Shown here: positions 25,846-38,800 of the stretch, piece after piece
Position numbering within the stretch: the first letter of the stretch is position 1
How the letters are laid out: every line of letters begins with the position of its first letter
DNA from: Ptychomitrium polyphyllum
Lineage: Eukaryota
Direction of reading: 5' to 3'
DNA: 64,000 nucleotides
Assembly (NCBI GenBank): GCA_973851085.1
Contig: OZ316775.1
Location: forward strand, 6,634,001 to 6,698,000
Program-made: the position numbers and the translations under genes
The notes under the pieces: model-generated
What the model was told of the DNA's origin: nothing
The model's input: only the letters and a program-made list of their open reading frames with translations
Database searches by the model: none

Positions 25846-28229
25846 CTACTCCGTCACAGCTCCAAAATCGTTGGAAAACAGAATGTTTCCTGTCAGAAAT
25901 GACTCCGAGTCTGCAACAAAAATCCAGCCACTAGTTAAGACCTTCATTTTCTGGGGAAATGTTTTTAAAGTTCAAAGCATGTTGAAGAGGCTATAATCTA
26001 CATGTGCAACAGCTGCAAAGATAATCTGAATAAACACCATCGATGATCTTGACCTTCAATCAATCCTTCGAGAAACTAACTGCATAGGTCGTTCAGCATC
26101 TAAAACTTCAAATCGCACATACACTCACCAGTCAAAGCCAGACAGGCTGCTTCTTTCCGAACATGTCTAGCCAGAGCCTGCACACATTACAAATCCTACG
26201 ATCAGACCATAGCCTCGAGCAATATTAATCGTAAGTGCGGTTCCAACATGGAAAGCCCGTCCAGGTAGACAAAATGGAAAGTCTGAATCTGACTACACAT
26301 TCACAGAAACCCAAACTGAATTCGTTGAGCTTACTCTCAGACATCAAAAATCTCACAAACGTGAAGGACCAAAGAAAAACAACACCTATAGTAAGTACTC
26401 ACATGCACAGGTGTAGCATTTGGTCCGGTGGGCATGATGGAATCATCTTCTGCAAACACATTCCTGCCATGAACCACAAGCAGACCAAATAGCATCAACC
26501 GTCTGCAAACCTGTAATTCCCAATTAGGAATCAACATAACATGAAATCATGTGCCTGAGTACCAAAAAATCTAAACCCAAGAGGTCCAGATCAAGAAGCA
26601 CAGGCTACTTGCACTCTCAACTACTTCCAAGTGGTGCTACTTGCAAATATGAACAGGTTGATACGCATTTTTAATGTACAGGAACACACCTCCAAAGAGC
26701 CCGTGCAAGCTCATTCTTATCAGCTTCAGGCCTCATAGCCTTATCATAAGCAGCTACTGCACCATAAAAATTCTTCTCCAATTCCTTCATCCATTTCGAT
26801 AGCAATACTTTGAGCTGTAAACCAACAAGTATCCCTTCAGTCAAACGTTGTTATTCACGAAACTGTAAAATATTGCGAAGCATCCAGTAGCAAATTCGTA
26901 TGTTTGAGAAAGAAGCACAGATGCTGGGATACTTACGCCTGTAGCAATTATGCGTCGTTCCAAATCATGATTATAGGCATCGTATAAGGATTGGCCCATA
27001 GCTCCACCATCCCTCCCCTCTGACCTCAAGCGGCATAAAGATAGCCACATGTAGAGAACCAACATGGCATGTGTTGTTCTGAAACTTTGTTCAAGTACAA
27101 AGTCTTTCGAGACGCAACAAATCATTGAATTAGAACCCCTCTAAAAAGAATTCTACTCCCAAAAATAACACCGTTATAGCACACAACGCGGCGTTGAAGC
27201 AAAACCAAATAAAGAAAAACGTTCACCTAGACAATTTAGATTTATGGCATGAAAGATGACTCACTCGCATAAAGCTCCGGTTGGTTCACTTGAAAAGAGA
27301 TTCTAGAATAAAGGGCATTAGCTCCACGGATAAGCCGGCTCTGCTTCCCGTAATACCCGAGAAGCTTCAACACAGTATGTGTAAAGCCTGAAGATGCAGG
27401 ATCCACCACACGAAACCTTGAACTGGAATCTAGACTTAGAGAACGAGCTTTTGTTGTCTTCTGCCTTTCAATTTCAAGATCCTGCAGAAACAACCTAAGA
27501 TAATCAATGATATACACAATGCAAATGGAATTGCATCGATCCAATAGTTATTTACTTACACCCATAACAGAAGGGTAATCCATACTTAGATAAATGGTAA
27601 TTGTGAATATTCACGCGTACTTAGTATGAGAAATAGCAGAAATGTCCACTGAAAGCTGAAAATAAGTGTGCTTGTAGCTATGTAAGACTTCGGCTAGAGT
27701 ATGAGAAGGCAGAAAACACATCCGATGCAATGCTAAACCCAGATCGGGAAAAAAGAGATGATCGAGTATACACCATTAACACTCAATAGTTACTCAACCC
27801 ACAACATAGTGCAACATCTCTATGTTGTCATTTCTTCCACACCTGAACTTTCGAGTAGAAGCAGAAGAAAGATAAAAAGGCAATTTGCTCACTTCTTACA
27901 TTATTGTAGGTCATAGGAAACCCCAAATAACAAGCCCCCTATCACAAGCTTGTTTCCCATCTGTTTGATGTCTACCTCGATGCCTTGATCCAAACCTTAA
28001 ACCCAGCAGGAGTTTAGGGCAGACAAGTCCACTTGTAAAACGAAACACCAAACGATCTCTCCAGAAATTTCCTCGTGAAGACAAATGGAAAGAAAATCTA
28101 TACCTTCTCGGAAGACGATGTGTCAACGACCTGCTCCGCAACCTGAGCAAACGGTCGTGACACCAACTGCGTCGTCGCCCTGGCCAAGTGCCTCCGGACC
28201 CCAGCTCTTGCCAATTGAGCGAGCATCAT
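25846..28229 (-). CDS. UQCC1: Ubiquinol-cytochrome c reductase chaperone, CBP3/UQCC1 family, mitochondrial, 7 exons
   Basis: Exons 28229-28104, 27481-27265, 27103-26937, 26814-26690, 26463-26403, 26177-26129 and 25910-25846 join in frame. Presequence-like MMLAQLARAGVRRHLAR, followed by LKLLGYYGKQSRLIRGANALY, FRTTHAMLVLYMWLSLCRLRSEG, YNHDLERRI, KWMKELEKNFYGAVAAYD, LARALWRNVFAED and LARHVRKE. Confidence 0.9.
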
Positions 28230-31200
28230 GCTCACTTCACGGATTTTCCTCCCCTCTTCACCACCTCATCAAGACCTAGAGTCAACACCTTCACCGCGTG
28301 CTTGCACTCTCTGCCAACATCCACCCATACCATTCAAAATCCTCTTACATAAACCAACCTCCAAACCAAACCAAACCAAAAAACCCACAATCACCCAAAA
28401 TTCACGCGGAAGAAACAATTTAGAATCGCGGTTACGTTGTACTTGGTCCACCCACAAGAAAATCCCCAACTCGCTTAACAGCAAGGCCAAATTGCAACAA
28501 CGTCAACCCCTAACATACGCCCTTCCAACCACCGACCCAAGAAGAAAAAAACCCTAAGCCCCAAAACTTCCCCAAACCCACCACTCTGAACCACCATTCG
28601 CCACTAACACACATATTACAACACAACAACATAAGACGAGTCGATCTCTACCGGTACCCTTCCAAACATGAACTCTCTGCAGTGGCCCACCTCCTGCTCA
28701 GTCCACGATCAACTTATCTCCAAGCTGTGAGAAAAACAAATCTCACAACACACCATCGAGTTCCGAGACTATGAAGAGATTCAAAACGGCCAAGCATGAT
28801 ACCTGAAAGTGTCAATGAAGGTTGAAAGCAGTGCTCGGGTTCAGGAGTTGCAAGCAGGCAGGGTGGCAATGCAATGCAGTGCAACGAAGACAACAGCGCA
28901 CACTCACACAACGCAGACTACGGTCCATCCGGGGTCGAGTTTTCCGGTTGATATCCTAGTTTTACTAGGACGAGACTGGTATCTTAACTAGGTGATACCG
29001 GGGTTGGATATATGGGGATGGCCGACGTCGTGCGCAGTTGTCGGGGCGAGTGTGTGTGGAGCAGAGCGCCGTCCACGACAGTCGGTTGTCGCCGTCGGCG
29101 ATTGTTGGAACTCCCCCCGCCGACCACGAGGTCCGTTTCCGGCCTGCAAGAGGCGACAGCAGCTCATGCCAGGTCACTGCCAGCCACCTCAGCATTCCGT
29201 TTGGTATGACCTTTTTGGCCCATTTCCATGTTTCACACTGGGGCTTTGCCCGCTTGGGTATTCCTTACAAGCGTTCTAGTCCTTACTGTCCTAGCAATGC
29301 GCACGAACGTTCCCTAACTCTGCACACGATATCTTCACCATGTTTTTTCATGAATTGTGTAAACATTCAAATTAACTATACCACCTTGGTTGAAAATATA
29401 TAACACCAACGTAAGATTTGAAAATTTTGTTGATAATTTATAAGGCGTCAATTTCTATGGAATTTTATGCAAATTATACAAATTGTTGATTAAAGTGAGC
29501 AGTTAGTAACAGGAAACATGTAAAAACATTATTTGTACCAAAATTGTTTCAAATGAATCATTTTGACTCACTTTTTCTACTTAGATTCAATTATGTAATT
29601 CATCGAGTTGTGAATGTGCAACAAAAGGCAAAGGTTTAGAAGTGGTGGTGGTGGTATGTGATAGAAGGCAATATACTCAAATCCTCAACTCTTTATTATA
29701 CTATTTTTTCAAAAGTTTTCCTTGCTTTCCTTTATTTTACCATCTAGCTCAAATGCTTATTAATTTAAAGGATATCTATGGTTATAAAGGATATTAAATA
29801 ATAAAATCACAGATTAATGTAATTTTTCAATTGTTACTAAAACCTTTGAAGTTATTATAAACAATTGCTTGAAGTTGCAAAAATTCTTGTTGAAGTAAGG
29901 AAGAAAGGTAATAAGTCAAGTGCTAAGACAATCTTGAATTAACTAGAGAATTACATGTTGAATATAAATTAAAGAAAAAAAATATAGAATGACATTTTTT
30001 AATGTAATAAAGAAAACTCTAATTAAATATTTTGTTATGACATATTTAATAAAACCATTTCAAAAAAAGATTGTTTTGTTAACTTTTAGCCATCCTACAA
30101 TGCATAATATAAGCAATCATTTTATTGTTTCTTAAGCTTGGAAGTAACTTTAAACTTTCAATTGATTTATAAATCCTTTATAAAGTGAAAATGTTGATTT
30201 TTGTTTAGACTATATCTTTTCTTAAATAACAATGTTAAAAGATTCATGCAAGAGATTGGTATCATCCACTAGCCAAATTTGATTTACGAGGTCCTTTGTT
30301 TTAAACCTTTGAATGTTATTATAGATTAATTTGCTTGCAATATCATTGTTGGAATTCAAAGTAATTTATATTCTTGTTGTAAGTGTGGTTGACACATACC
30401 CATAAAGAATTTTTGCAAGAAAACTTTAAAAGCTATAATAATATTAGCAAATGCATATAAAAAGTTATATTGCCTAATTATAACATGTGATGATTGATGA
30501 AAAAAGAATGGTAAAGTAAACTATGATTTGATCTTTTAAAGAAAGTTTTAGATACTTTTGAAAAGTTTAGATATTTGATTTTGTATTCACAATGCATTTT
30601 CTTGAATCAAATATTAAATAAATTATTAAAAAAGTTAATTACGTAAAGAATAATAAAAATAGCAAAAAAATGTAGAATACAAAAGATTTTATGTGTAAAA
30701 ATTTCATAAAATTTTACTTAACATGTCAAATTTGTAATATTCTAAGTACAATTTTAATATAAAGTTATAATAACTATAGAACCTAAAGGATTAAAAACCA
30801 CCTTTCGTTTTTATAAAATTACTTTGACTCTTAGAACATCCTATTGACCTATTTATTTCACATTCTAAAAATTTATAGAGATCTATTATAAAATATTACT
30901 TGGATGATAATTTATAATTAATACCCAAAAAAAAGTTGTAATTTTTGGATTTTCTTATAAGTCATATGATTAAATTCAAAATTTGTAGTACTTTAGTATT
31001 ATACAAGATTTGAAACTTAAGTTTCATATTTACTTTAAAAATTAACAAGTTGATAAGGTTTGAATAGGATACTGTTATAGATTTGCAATGCTATTTATTT
31101 AAAAATTTGCAATAAAACATGAGCTTGAAAAAATTCACACAAATTTTTCAAGCGCTTTGAATTAACATTCTTCTTTATCAATTGTAGAAAAGTAACACAG

Positions 31201-34200
31201 AGTTAATTTTAGAATCCAACTTGTTAAACTCATGGCTTAAAACTCCGTTTACCTTGGCAAATTAGATGGATAGATTATTTCACCTGTTCTTTGAGGGTGA
31301 AAGTACAATGTACAATTCTGTTAAACAGGAAGAATCCTGTATTGAAAATTGGATGTTTGGAACAAGTTTTTAGTGGTAGGTGCTACCAGTGCCTTGAATG
31401 CGGTAGAATGTTTTAGTAATTATTGTAAGTTGGCATTCCCTTCTAAAAAGCAATAAAGTCTGAAAATACAATAATTTGCTGGTGTTCTTGAGAATGCAAT
31501 TCAATTGGATAGATGCACAATCTGTTTCACTGAAAGTGCTTTTTCAAAATTAGTGTCTGTGGATGTTCCCAACGCATCCAGTAACACCAAACTGAAGTCA
31601 GGCGGGAACAATGGCAGCAAAGAGTTTATTAGAGGATGAGAGAAGTGCTAATGTCTAGAGTCCTCCAGTGGTACTGGATATGCTGGGGGCCATTGTGATA
31701 TGAGATAAGAACAGGTGCTGAAAGAGACCTCCAACCTAATGCCTTTCATAGGCATCTTCACTCTGGTCCACCGACAATCACATGGTTTTGCATGTATATC
31801 CATGTCCACTGCCTTATAACTCCTGAATACAATGCTTGTGGAGTCCTATCAAATCAATTCAAATGCTTGCAACTTGTATCAGATCTATGCAATCATCTTC
31901 TTCATTACAAACTTTTGCAAATCTGTTCGATATCCTCTCCTAATCTGCAATTGTGAGGTAAATACAAACAATTTTTGATGGATGCACCCTGTATGGCTTA
32001 AACACTTTAGGTTTGGTGATGCTTTGTATTAATACTATTGTTTATAAATGCTAATGTTGCCTATGATGTCTGAGGTTGCATCAAGTTGGTGCCACATGTA
32101 ATTATAAACTTAAGAGTTTGTGCACTGAAAATCCATTGTGACCTATTGCATGTTCCCTGCCATCACAAACTGCCTGCTGCGTGTTGTTGTATGCATGTGT
32201 AAGTTCAATGGTGATAACACAATATCATATTGCACATCTGCAAAGCACCATAGAGACAGCTCATCACGCACTAAGTTTTACTAGAAATCTCAATGTAGGA
32301 CACACTTCAATTTCTCACAAACATGACCAAAGAAAATTTATCTTACTATGTGGTAATCGTTTATGAATGACATCTAATATTTTTTTTTGTTAAATGTAGA
32401 ATTTTTAAGTAATATCTAGATTGCTAAATTTATGAAGACATACTTTCTTTTCAACAAAGTTATGGCTTTAAATTTTGTGCACTATCAATATTAGACAAAT
32501 GATGGCTACCTCTAAAATTTGAAGTTATAAAATCCATTATGATGAGGTGTCCTTCATGAATTTGGAAGTCCCATTTTTTTTAATACATATCATGCTATGA
32601 ATCATACTACTTTGAGAAAAGGTTTAGGATTTGAATTGAATTATAAAAAGTAATATAATAATTTTCTTCATGGTGACTTGTTACATGTTCATTTATGAAA
32701 ATATTACTTCGAAAATATTTCAATTAACATTTTAGAAAAGAAAATCAATTTTTTTTGAAAATGATGGGGGTTTTGCAAAATGATATCACAAAATCCTTCA
32801 TCATTTGAGTAGTATAATTATACAGATTTTTCAATAATTGAAAGAACTCACTTTTGACTTAAAATGTGGAAAAGTAATAATAACTTACATTGAGTTCACA
32901 TGGCAATAAACCTATGAATGTGAACAAGTCAAAATTGATAAACTGGATTTGTATATTACCTTAAACTTTTCTTAAGTTTGTTTTTGCAACATGGATTGTA
33001 TTTTGAAGGAGGAGTTCAAGGAGATCACATAATAATGTTAGAATGAGGTAATTTATTCAACAAAATTTTATCAATAAAAATTAGAACTTAATAATTTAAA
33101 ATTACAACCAAATGCCACCAGGCCAAAGAAGTGAGGGCCGAACAATTGAGTCAAAGGAGGGCTTCAGGTGTGTCCCATTAGGCCCAACTCCCTTTCTCAA
33201 CAGGTCTACCTCAGCCCATGCCTTGTTCCCAGGATGTCCCCACTCTCTCGTTAGTCTCAGTCCGTTGATGCTCTGGGTCGCGTGATGGAGGGCCCTGAGT
33301 CACCGAGCCTATCCCACACTGGGAGGTGCACTGTGTCCTAGTGTTGTGGAGAGCCCTACCTTGTGCCAAAATGAAAGGATTCTACTAGCTTCCTTCGAAA
33401 CTCCAAAAGCACCCTTTCTGTCTCTGCACGAGAAAGTTTTGGTAACAGCTGTGCTCTTAGGTGTCTTGAAATATGAAATTAATCATGTAATCATGACAGC
33501 TCGTTCTACTGCTTCAATGAGAGGTACATTTGCGAGTTCATCTCACGGCAGCAATGAACGGTATTGTCGTTCATGTCACGGTGAATCTGAACGGAATGTT
33601 GACACAACTCCATTCCCGAATGCAGTAGACTGATATCATATAGTAGTAAGTTACCATTCAATACGTGCAGTGAAATGAACTCACAATCTTAGTACCGACG
33701 TACTGATATAGTATCGGACAATGCGAAAGGAATTGAAGAAAAGTGAGAACCAGCCCACATACTAATTGGCACGAAGAAGGATACTCCACAACATCACAAC
33801 TCAAAGATTAGAGTCAACTAGAGCCATTAGATGATAAGACCACCTTTACTATGAAATGAAAGTAAAATACATGGGATTCTATACACAGTCTGCATGACGG
33901 CAACACTGCGTTTTGTTCTTATTGTGTGTGTACTACATTACAGAGGCACTTTGCATCTTCTTCTTCATACTGCTAACGTAATCAATAACAAGGTGAGAGA
34001 CTAAACTGGCTGGAAGGCTGTCTGAGTACCTCGGAAGCAACTGAAGAAGCAGAGGCAAATGCACACTTTGTCTTATTCTGTATCACAACCTGGCGCTCGC
34101 TCTGTGTGAAGCTTAGCCACCAATTATAGTCCCCATGCTTGCCGAGGGCTCCGTGGCGGCGCTGTACACTTCTTTAATCCCTCGGCGATCAAATAATGAC

Positions 34201-34244
34201 ATTTCTGAGGACTTACTCACAATATAGTTTGTTCATCATCCAAC

Positions 34245-35834
34245 TCACGAGGTGTGCTTCATCTCCTGGACTTCTGCGATGTGCACAGGGTACTCATCAA
34301 TGCAGTGCGCCCACGCAGTCGCCTGCGAGGGTTTGATGGTGCGCAACGCTTGCCAAACAGCGCTGTTGCACTTAAAGCCGCTGCCAAAGGCGATCTGCCA
34401 CACCCTGTTACCCTTGCGCATGCGACCCTTCGCCTCCACATACGCAAGCTCATACCATATGGACGACGAGGAAGTGTTACCAAATCTGTGGAGGGTCATG
34501 CGAGAAGGCTCACAATGCTCGGCAGTCAGGTGCAGATTCTTCTCCAGCTCGTCGATGACGGCCCTGCCACCGGCGTGGATACAGAAATGGTTGAAGGCGA
34601 GCTTGAAGTCCGGGATATAGGGCTTCACCTTGAGGTTGAGCACCTTCTTAGCCACAAGGAGGCCGAAGAACAGGAGCTGCTCGGAGAGGGGAAGCACAAG
34701 GGGTCCTAGGGTTGTGATGTTGGTCTTCAACGCGTCGCCGGCAATGGCCATGAGATCCTTGGAGAGCGTTACGCCTACCTTGCCCGACTCGTCTTCCTCT
34801 TGGTGCACGCACCGGTAGCACTTGTCATCGGCGCCCTTGTGAGTCCGCACCACGTGGTTGAGCTTGTACTTGGAGCGCCCTTTGTCCTTCCGCTTGTTGG
34901 ACAGCAGAATGGCCGCGCCACCCACCCGGAACAAACAGTTGGGGATGAGCATGGACTTTTTCTGCCCGAAGTACCAGTTCTGCGTGATATTCTCAGTGCT
35001 CACCACAATCGCGTACGAGTTCCTGTGCACTTGCAACATGTCTTTCGCCAGGTCGATGGCAATGACGCCTGCGCTGCAACCCATCCCGCCCAGATTGAAC
35101 GTCCGGATATTCCCCCGCATTTTGTACTTGTTCACAATCATGGCCGTCAGGGAGGGAGTAGGGTTGAACAGAGAGCAGTTGACCACCAACACGCCGATGT
35201 CCTTGGGATTCACCTTCGTCTTCTCAAACAGCTCGTCCAAGCATCCAAACACGACCGCCTCCGTCTCCCCCCGCGCGGCCTGCATGTTAGGTTTTGGCGG
35301 AATTTCGAACATCGCCGGAGGGAAGTACGTGGCATCCCCAAGACCCGACCTCTCCAGAATTTTCTCCTGAAATTCTAGGGACCGCTCGTCGAAGAACCCT
35401 GTCATCCGCGTGCGCTCCATGAACAGGCTCATGGGCACCTTGTACTGCGCCTCCGGCACTGAGCAAGCAAAATCCACCAGAAAGATGGGCCTCGGGCGGG
35501 ACATGGCATACACCGTCACGCCAAACACCAGGAGCGCGGAGCAAATAATCGCACTCACGAGGTTGAACTTCAAATTCGCCCAAAGCTCCCAGAGGTCCTC
35601 CGGGCCCATGCGCCCGGCCTCGAGAAAAATCCCGAGCAGCAGAGGTATGAAAAGGAGCGTCACGAGGTAAGTCATCAGGTAATGATACCCCAGCTTCACA
35701 TACTTGAGGTTCACGGATTGCAGCATATCAGGAAGCCGCCGCGCGGGAGTGATGTACACTGATAATCGCTCCCCGCTCGTCTGCCGGATCGGTGTCTGCA
35801 GCTCCATTGGAGTCCCCTGTCCACCCTTCGCCAT
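34245..35834 (-). CDS. KCS: 3-ketoacyl-CoA synthase (FAE1-type very-long-chain fatty acid condensing enzyme), intronless CDS
   Basis: Single ORF containing [37 protein letters not shown] (catalytic Cys), [35 protein letters not shown] and [16 protein letters not shown]. The first ATG is at 35834. Confidence 0.97.
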   Translation of the reverse strand: MAKGGQGTPMELQTPIRQTSGERLSVYITPARRLPDMLQSVNLKYVKLGYHYLMTYLVTLLFIPLLLGIFLEAGRMGPEDLWELWANLKFNLVSAIICSALLVFGVTVYAMSRPRPIFLVDFACSVPEAQYKVPMSLFMERTRMTGFFDERSLEFQEKILERSGLGDATYFPPAMFEIPPKPNMQAARGETEAVVFGCLDELFEKTKVNPKDIGVLVVNCSLFNPTPSLTAMIVNKYKMRGNIRTFNLGGMGCSAGVIAIDLAKDMLQVHRNSYAIVVSTENITQNWYFGQKKSMLIPNCLFRVGGAAILLSNKRKDKGRSKYKLNHVVRTHKGADDKCYRCVHQEEDESGKVGVTLSKDLMAIAGDALKTNITTLGPLVLPLSEQLLFFGLLVAKKVLNLKVKPYIPDFKLAFNHFCIHAGGRAVIDELEKNLHLTAEHCEPSRMTLHRFGNTSSSSIWYELAYVEAKGRMRKGNRVWQIAFGSGFKCNSAVWQALRTIKPSQATAWAHCIDEYPVHIAEVQEMKHTS

Positions 35835-38800
35835 GGCGAGCACCCCCTCACCCCCACTCGCGTTGCGAACGACACTGCCTCTACCTCACCAATCTCCGAG
35901 CTGCTACACCAACACCACCACCACCACTCACAACACGTTCAGAACCCAAAACGATCCAAAAGTCGAACTCTCTATAAAGATAGACCATTAGACACGAGTT
36001 TCTCGCTCATTCTGCTCCAACCAGTAGCAAATGCCCCAAAAAACCAGTAATGCACACAGCTAATCAATTCATCCACGTTTGCAAAGACACGAACCTCATA
36101 GCTACGGACCGCACCTCGACGTTGACACAAAGAGCTGATCACTCACTCAGAGCTTACTACCCCCAGAAGAAAATTCTCAAAATAAACACGAACAGGAAGC
36201 TACACCAGCAGCAACTCAGAATACCAAACCAGAAGAACAACAACTGCAGCACAAATCCATCCAAACGAAAAAGTTACGTCATACTCAACACCATGAGAAC
36301 CGAAAAGCAAGGTAAATACTTGCACTTGGCACACTCACAGAGAGTTCAACTATTGGCCACCACTGCAGTCGATTGTTCAGTCAAATCTTAACACAAATGC
36401 CCACCACTTGTGCTTAGGCTTGAAAAGTGATTGACTCGTATATTCTCAGGAATCATACTATAGTGGTGATCGCATGCATAAGTTGGAATGCAGCAACAAA
36501 ATCCCGGCCTCTTACACCCATGGCGTCTTCCTCATCGGACCCACAATGATGCAGCAAAGGACGTCATACGCTCATCTCACACTGCTAGCAAATGCGCTCA
36601 CTTAGTCTAAGCGGCTGCCTCAGCTCAAGATCTAGCTGCACATCTCTATAAAAGTTGTTGCGACCCGGAGTGGTAGGACATTACAATCACGGAATGTGAA
36701 GCGGAGTGGAGGTCGGACAAAGGGTGCTTAATGAATCCCGATTGTCAGCTGCAATTGTGAGGCCAGTGTACTGGCAACTACTGCATTGAAGGGGCAATAG
36801 TTCGTGGCACTGTGGAGGGAGTGGCAGGCTTGGCAGTGCGTGGAGCTAAATCGGGGAGGACGTGTGCTCAATGAGGAATATATCGTCGAGGTTTAGGACT
36901 GATTTCAATTTATGGATGGACCATCTACTTCCTAACGTGTAACCTGTCGTCGGAACTCAGGTGTGTCAGGAGTGCCAGCTACATGAACAGAAGGCAAAAT
37001 TGAGGGACCCGTGCTGCTTGCTACCTGCTTCGCCCTTTCATTTACGAGCGAATACCTACTAGCGCCAACTAGCGTCTGATGTTTGCATGTCCAGACGTGA
37101 ATTAGCACACCACGCCACGTGGTATGATTATCAAATAGCATGTTTTTCTTTCAGTCCTTGATGCTTCCGGAATCCAGTCCTTCGAGTTAGGCTATATTTT
37201 TACTAGGTAGTAGCTTCTGTTGGAGGACCCTTTTTTCTTGATTGACCGGGTAGCTTACTAGAGTGGGTCCTTGCCTGCTCCTGCTCTTGCTCCTCAATTT
37301 TGTATTAAACCCCAGGTGGGCCTTTGGAAGGAGGTCGTGTGAAAGTATAGCAATAATATTGTAGGGTTGTGGTCTCGATGAGATATAATGTTTTTAGAAT
37401 GAGGTTGTACTGGAACATAAGCTGTACTCAATGGTTTGCTCTTGTTCAGTCATGATCAATGAAGGATTTCTGAACAAAAATATTGTGATGTTAAAAGTAC
37501 AAGTTTCTAGGATATTATGATCATGCTCATCTTCTCTAATGTATGTAGAATGAATACTACTATAAAAATGAAGAACATTAAGGTTGTATTTTAGATATGA
37601 AATCCATATTTTTATCATGACATGAAGGCTAGTAGCTTTGTTGTCACTCTTTTGGCATTTTTTGTTTTTTGTTCACATTCACCTCCTTTGATAAATTCAA
37701 GAGTAATATAATTAGTTCTTATTTAAATTAAATTCTTGTAAAAAATAATATAGTTGGTCCTACTTAAAGTGTACATTTGTAAATAATTTAATTGTGTTTT
37801 TTTAAAACCAATAAGATTTTATTTAATTGTTCATATTTCATTTGTAGCCTTTTTTGCTAAAGCAATTTTCAATTGTTCTTCAAATAAATTTTAGACTGCA
37901 CTATAATATTACTTTGAAATCTATATAATTTTCTTTACTACTTTGAATTATAGCATCTTTAGCAAATTTTGTAATTGAATTTTTAACAAAGTTTTAGTGT
38001 AATTAAAGGAAAAAAATCATTTTATATGAGCACATAATAAGTGCTACAAAGTCCAAACGACTTTGTAAACCACTTGTAGCTAAAATAAACTGATGTACCA
38101 AAATTTTCCTAGTAAATGAATAATATGTAAGATGAAGTAGGTGTATTACTTACCTTAGCTTCATCTAATCAACAACCTTACCAAGAGTTTGGTCTTTATT
38201 AGAATTCAAAATGACATATTTTCTAATGCCTTAGTTTTTTTTCACCATTTCTTTCACCTTGTACTCTACACTTTATACATTGCCCAAGCAACTTCATTTC
38301 TATTTGACATCTTCATGTTTTCTACCTACCTCAATTCCTTTCCATCTTTATAATTTGCTTTGTCCACCTTTTCCTTAACTTACCTTCTTGCATCAAGCTT
38401 AGTGTCTCAAAATATTAAGCTTTGATTTAATATTAATTTCTTTTGAATCTCTTTATTATGAAAATGTTGTCAATGGTTTAAATTTTTGTAGATAAGTTAA
38501 CTTGGTTATAGATAGCATTGTTGATATTTTTATAAGAGGTATTAGATTTTAAAGATAAGAAGTGTAGGTGATTTGATTGATTACAAGAGTGGATCACAAA
38601 TTTCTTAATGGATATTATTTCATTCTTCCAATTATAACTAAAGAATTTGAAATGGCTATTGTTTTTATATTATTTTGTTTTAGATTTAAATAGACTTTCA
38701 ACTCATATAATGAAATAAGAACTCCTCTTACATTTGAACATGCAATTTTGATGGATATTATTTATAATACCGTAGTCCAAATGGGATTATTTTGATGAAT

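Noticed and set aside
34252..35670. Several + strand ORFs of 60-190 aa
   Set aside because: They are antisense to the GC-rich KCS CDS.
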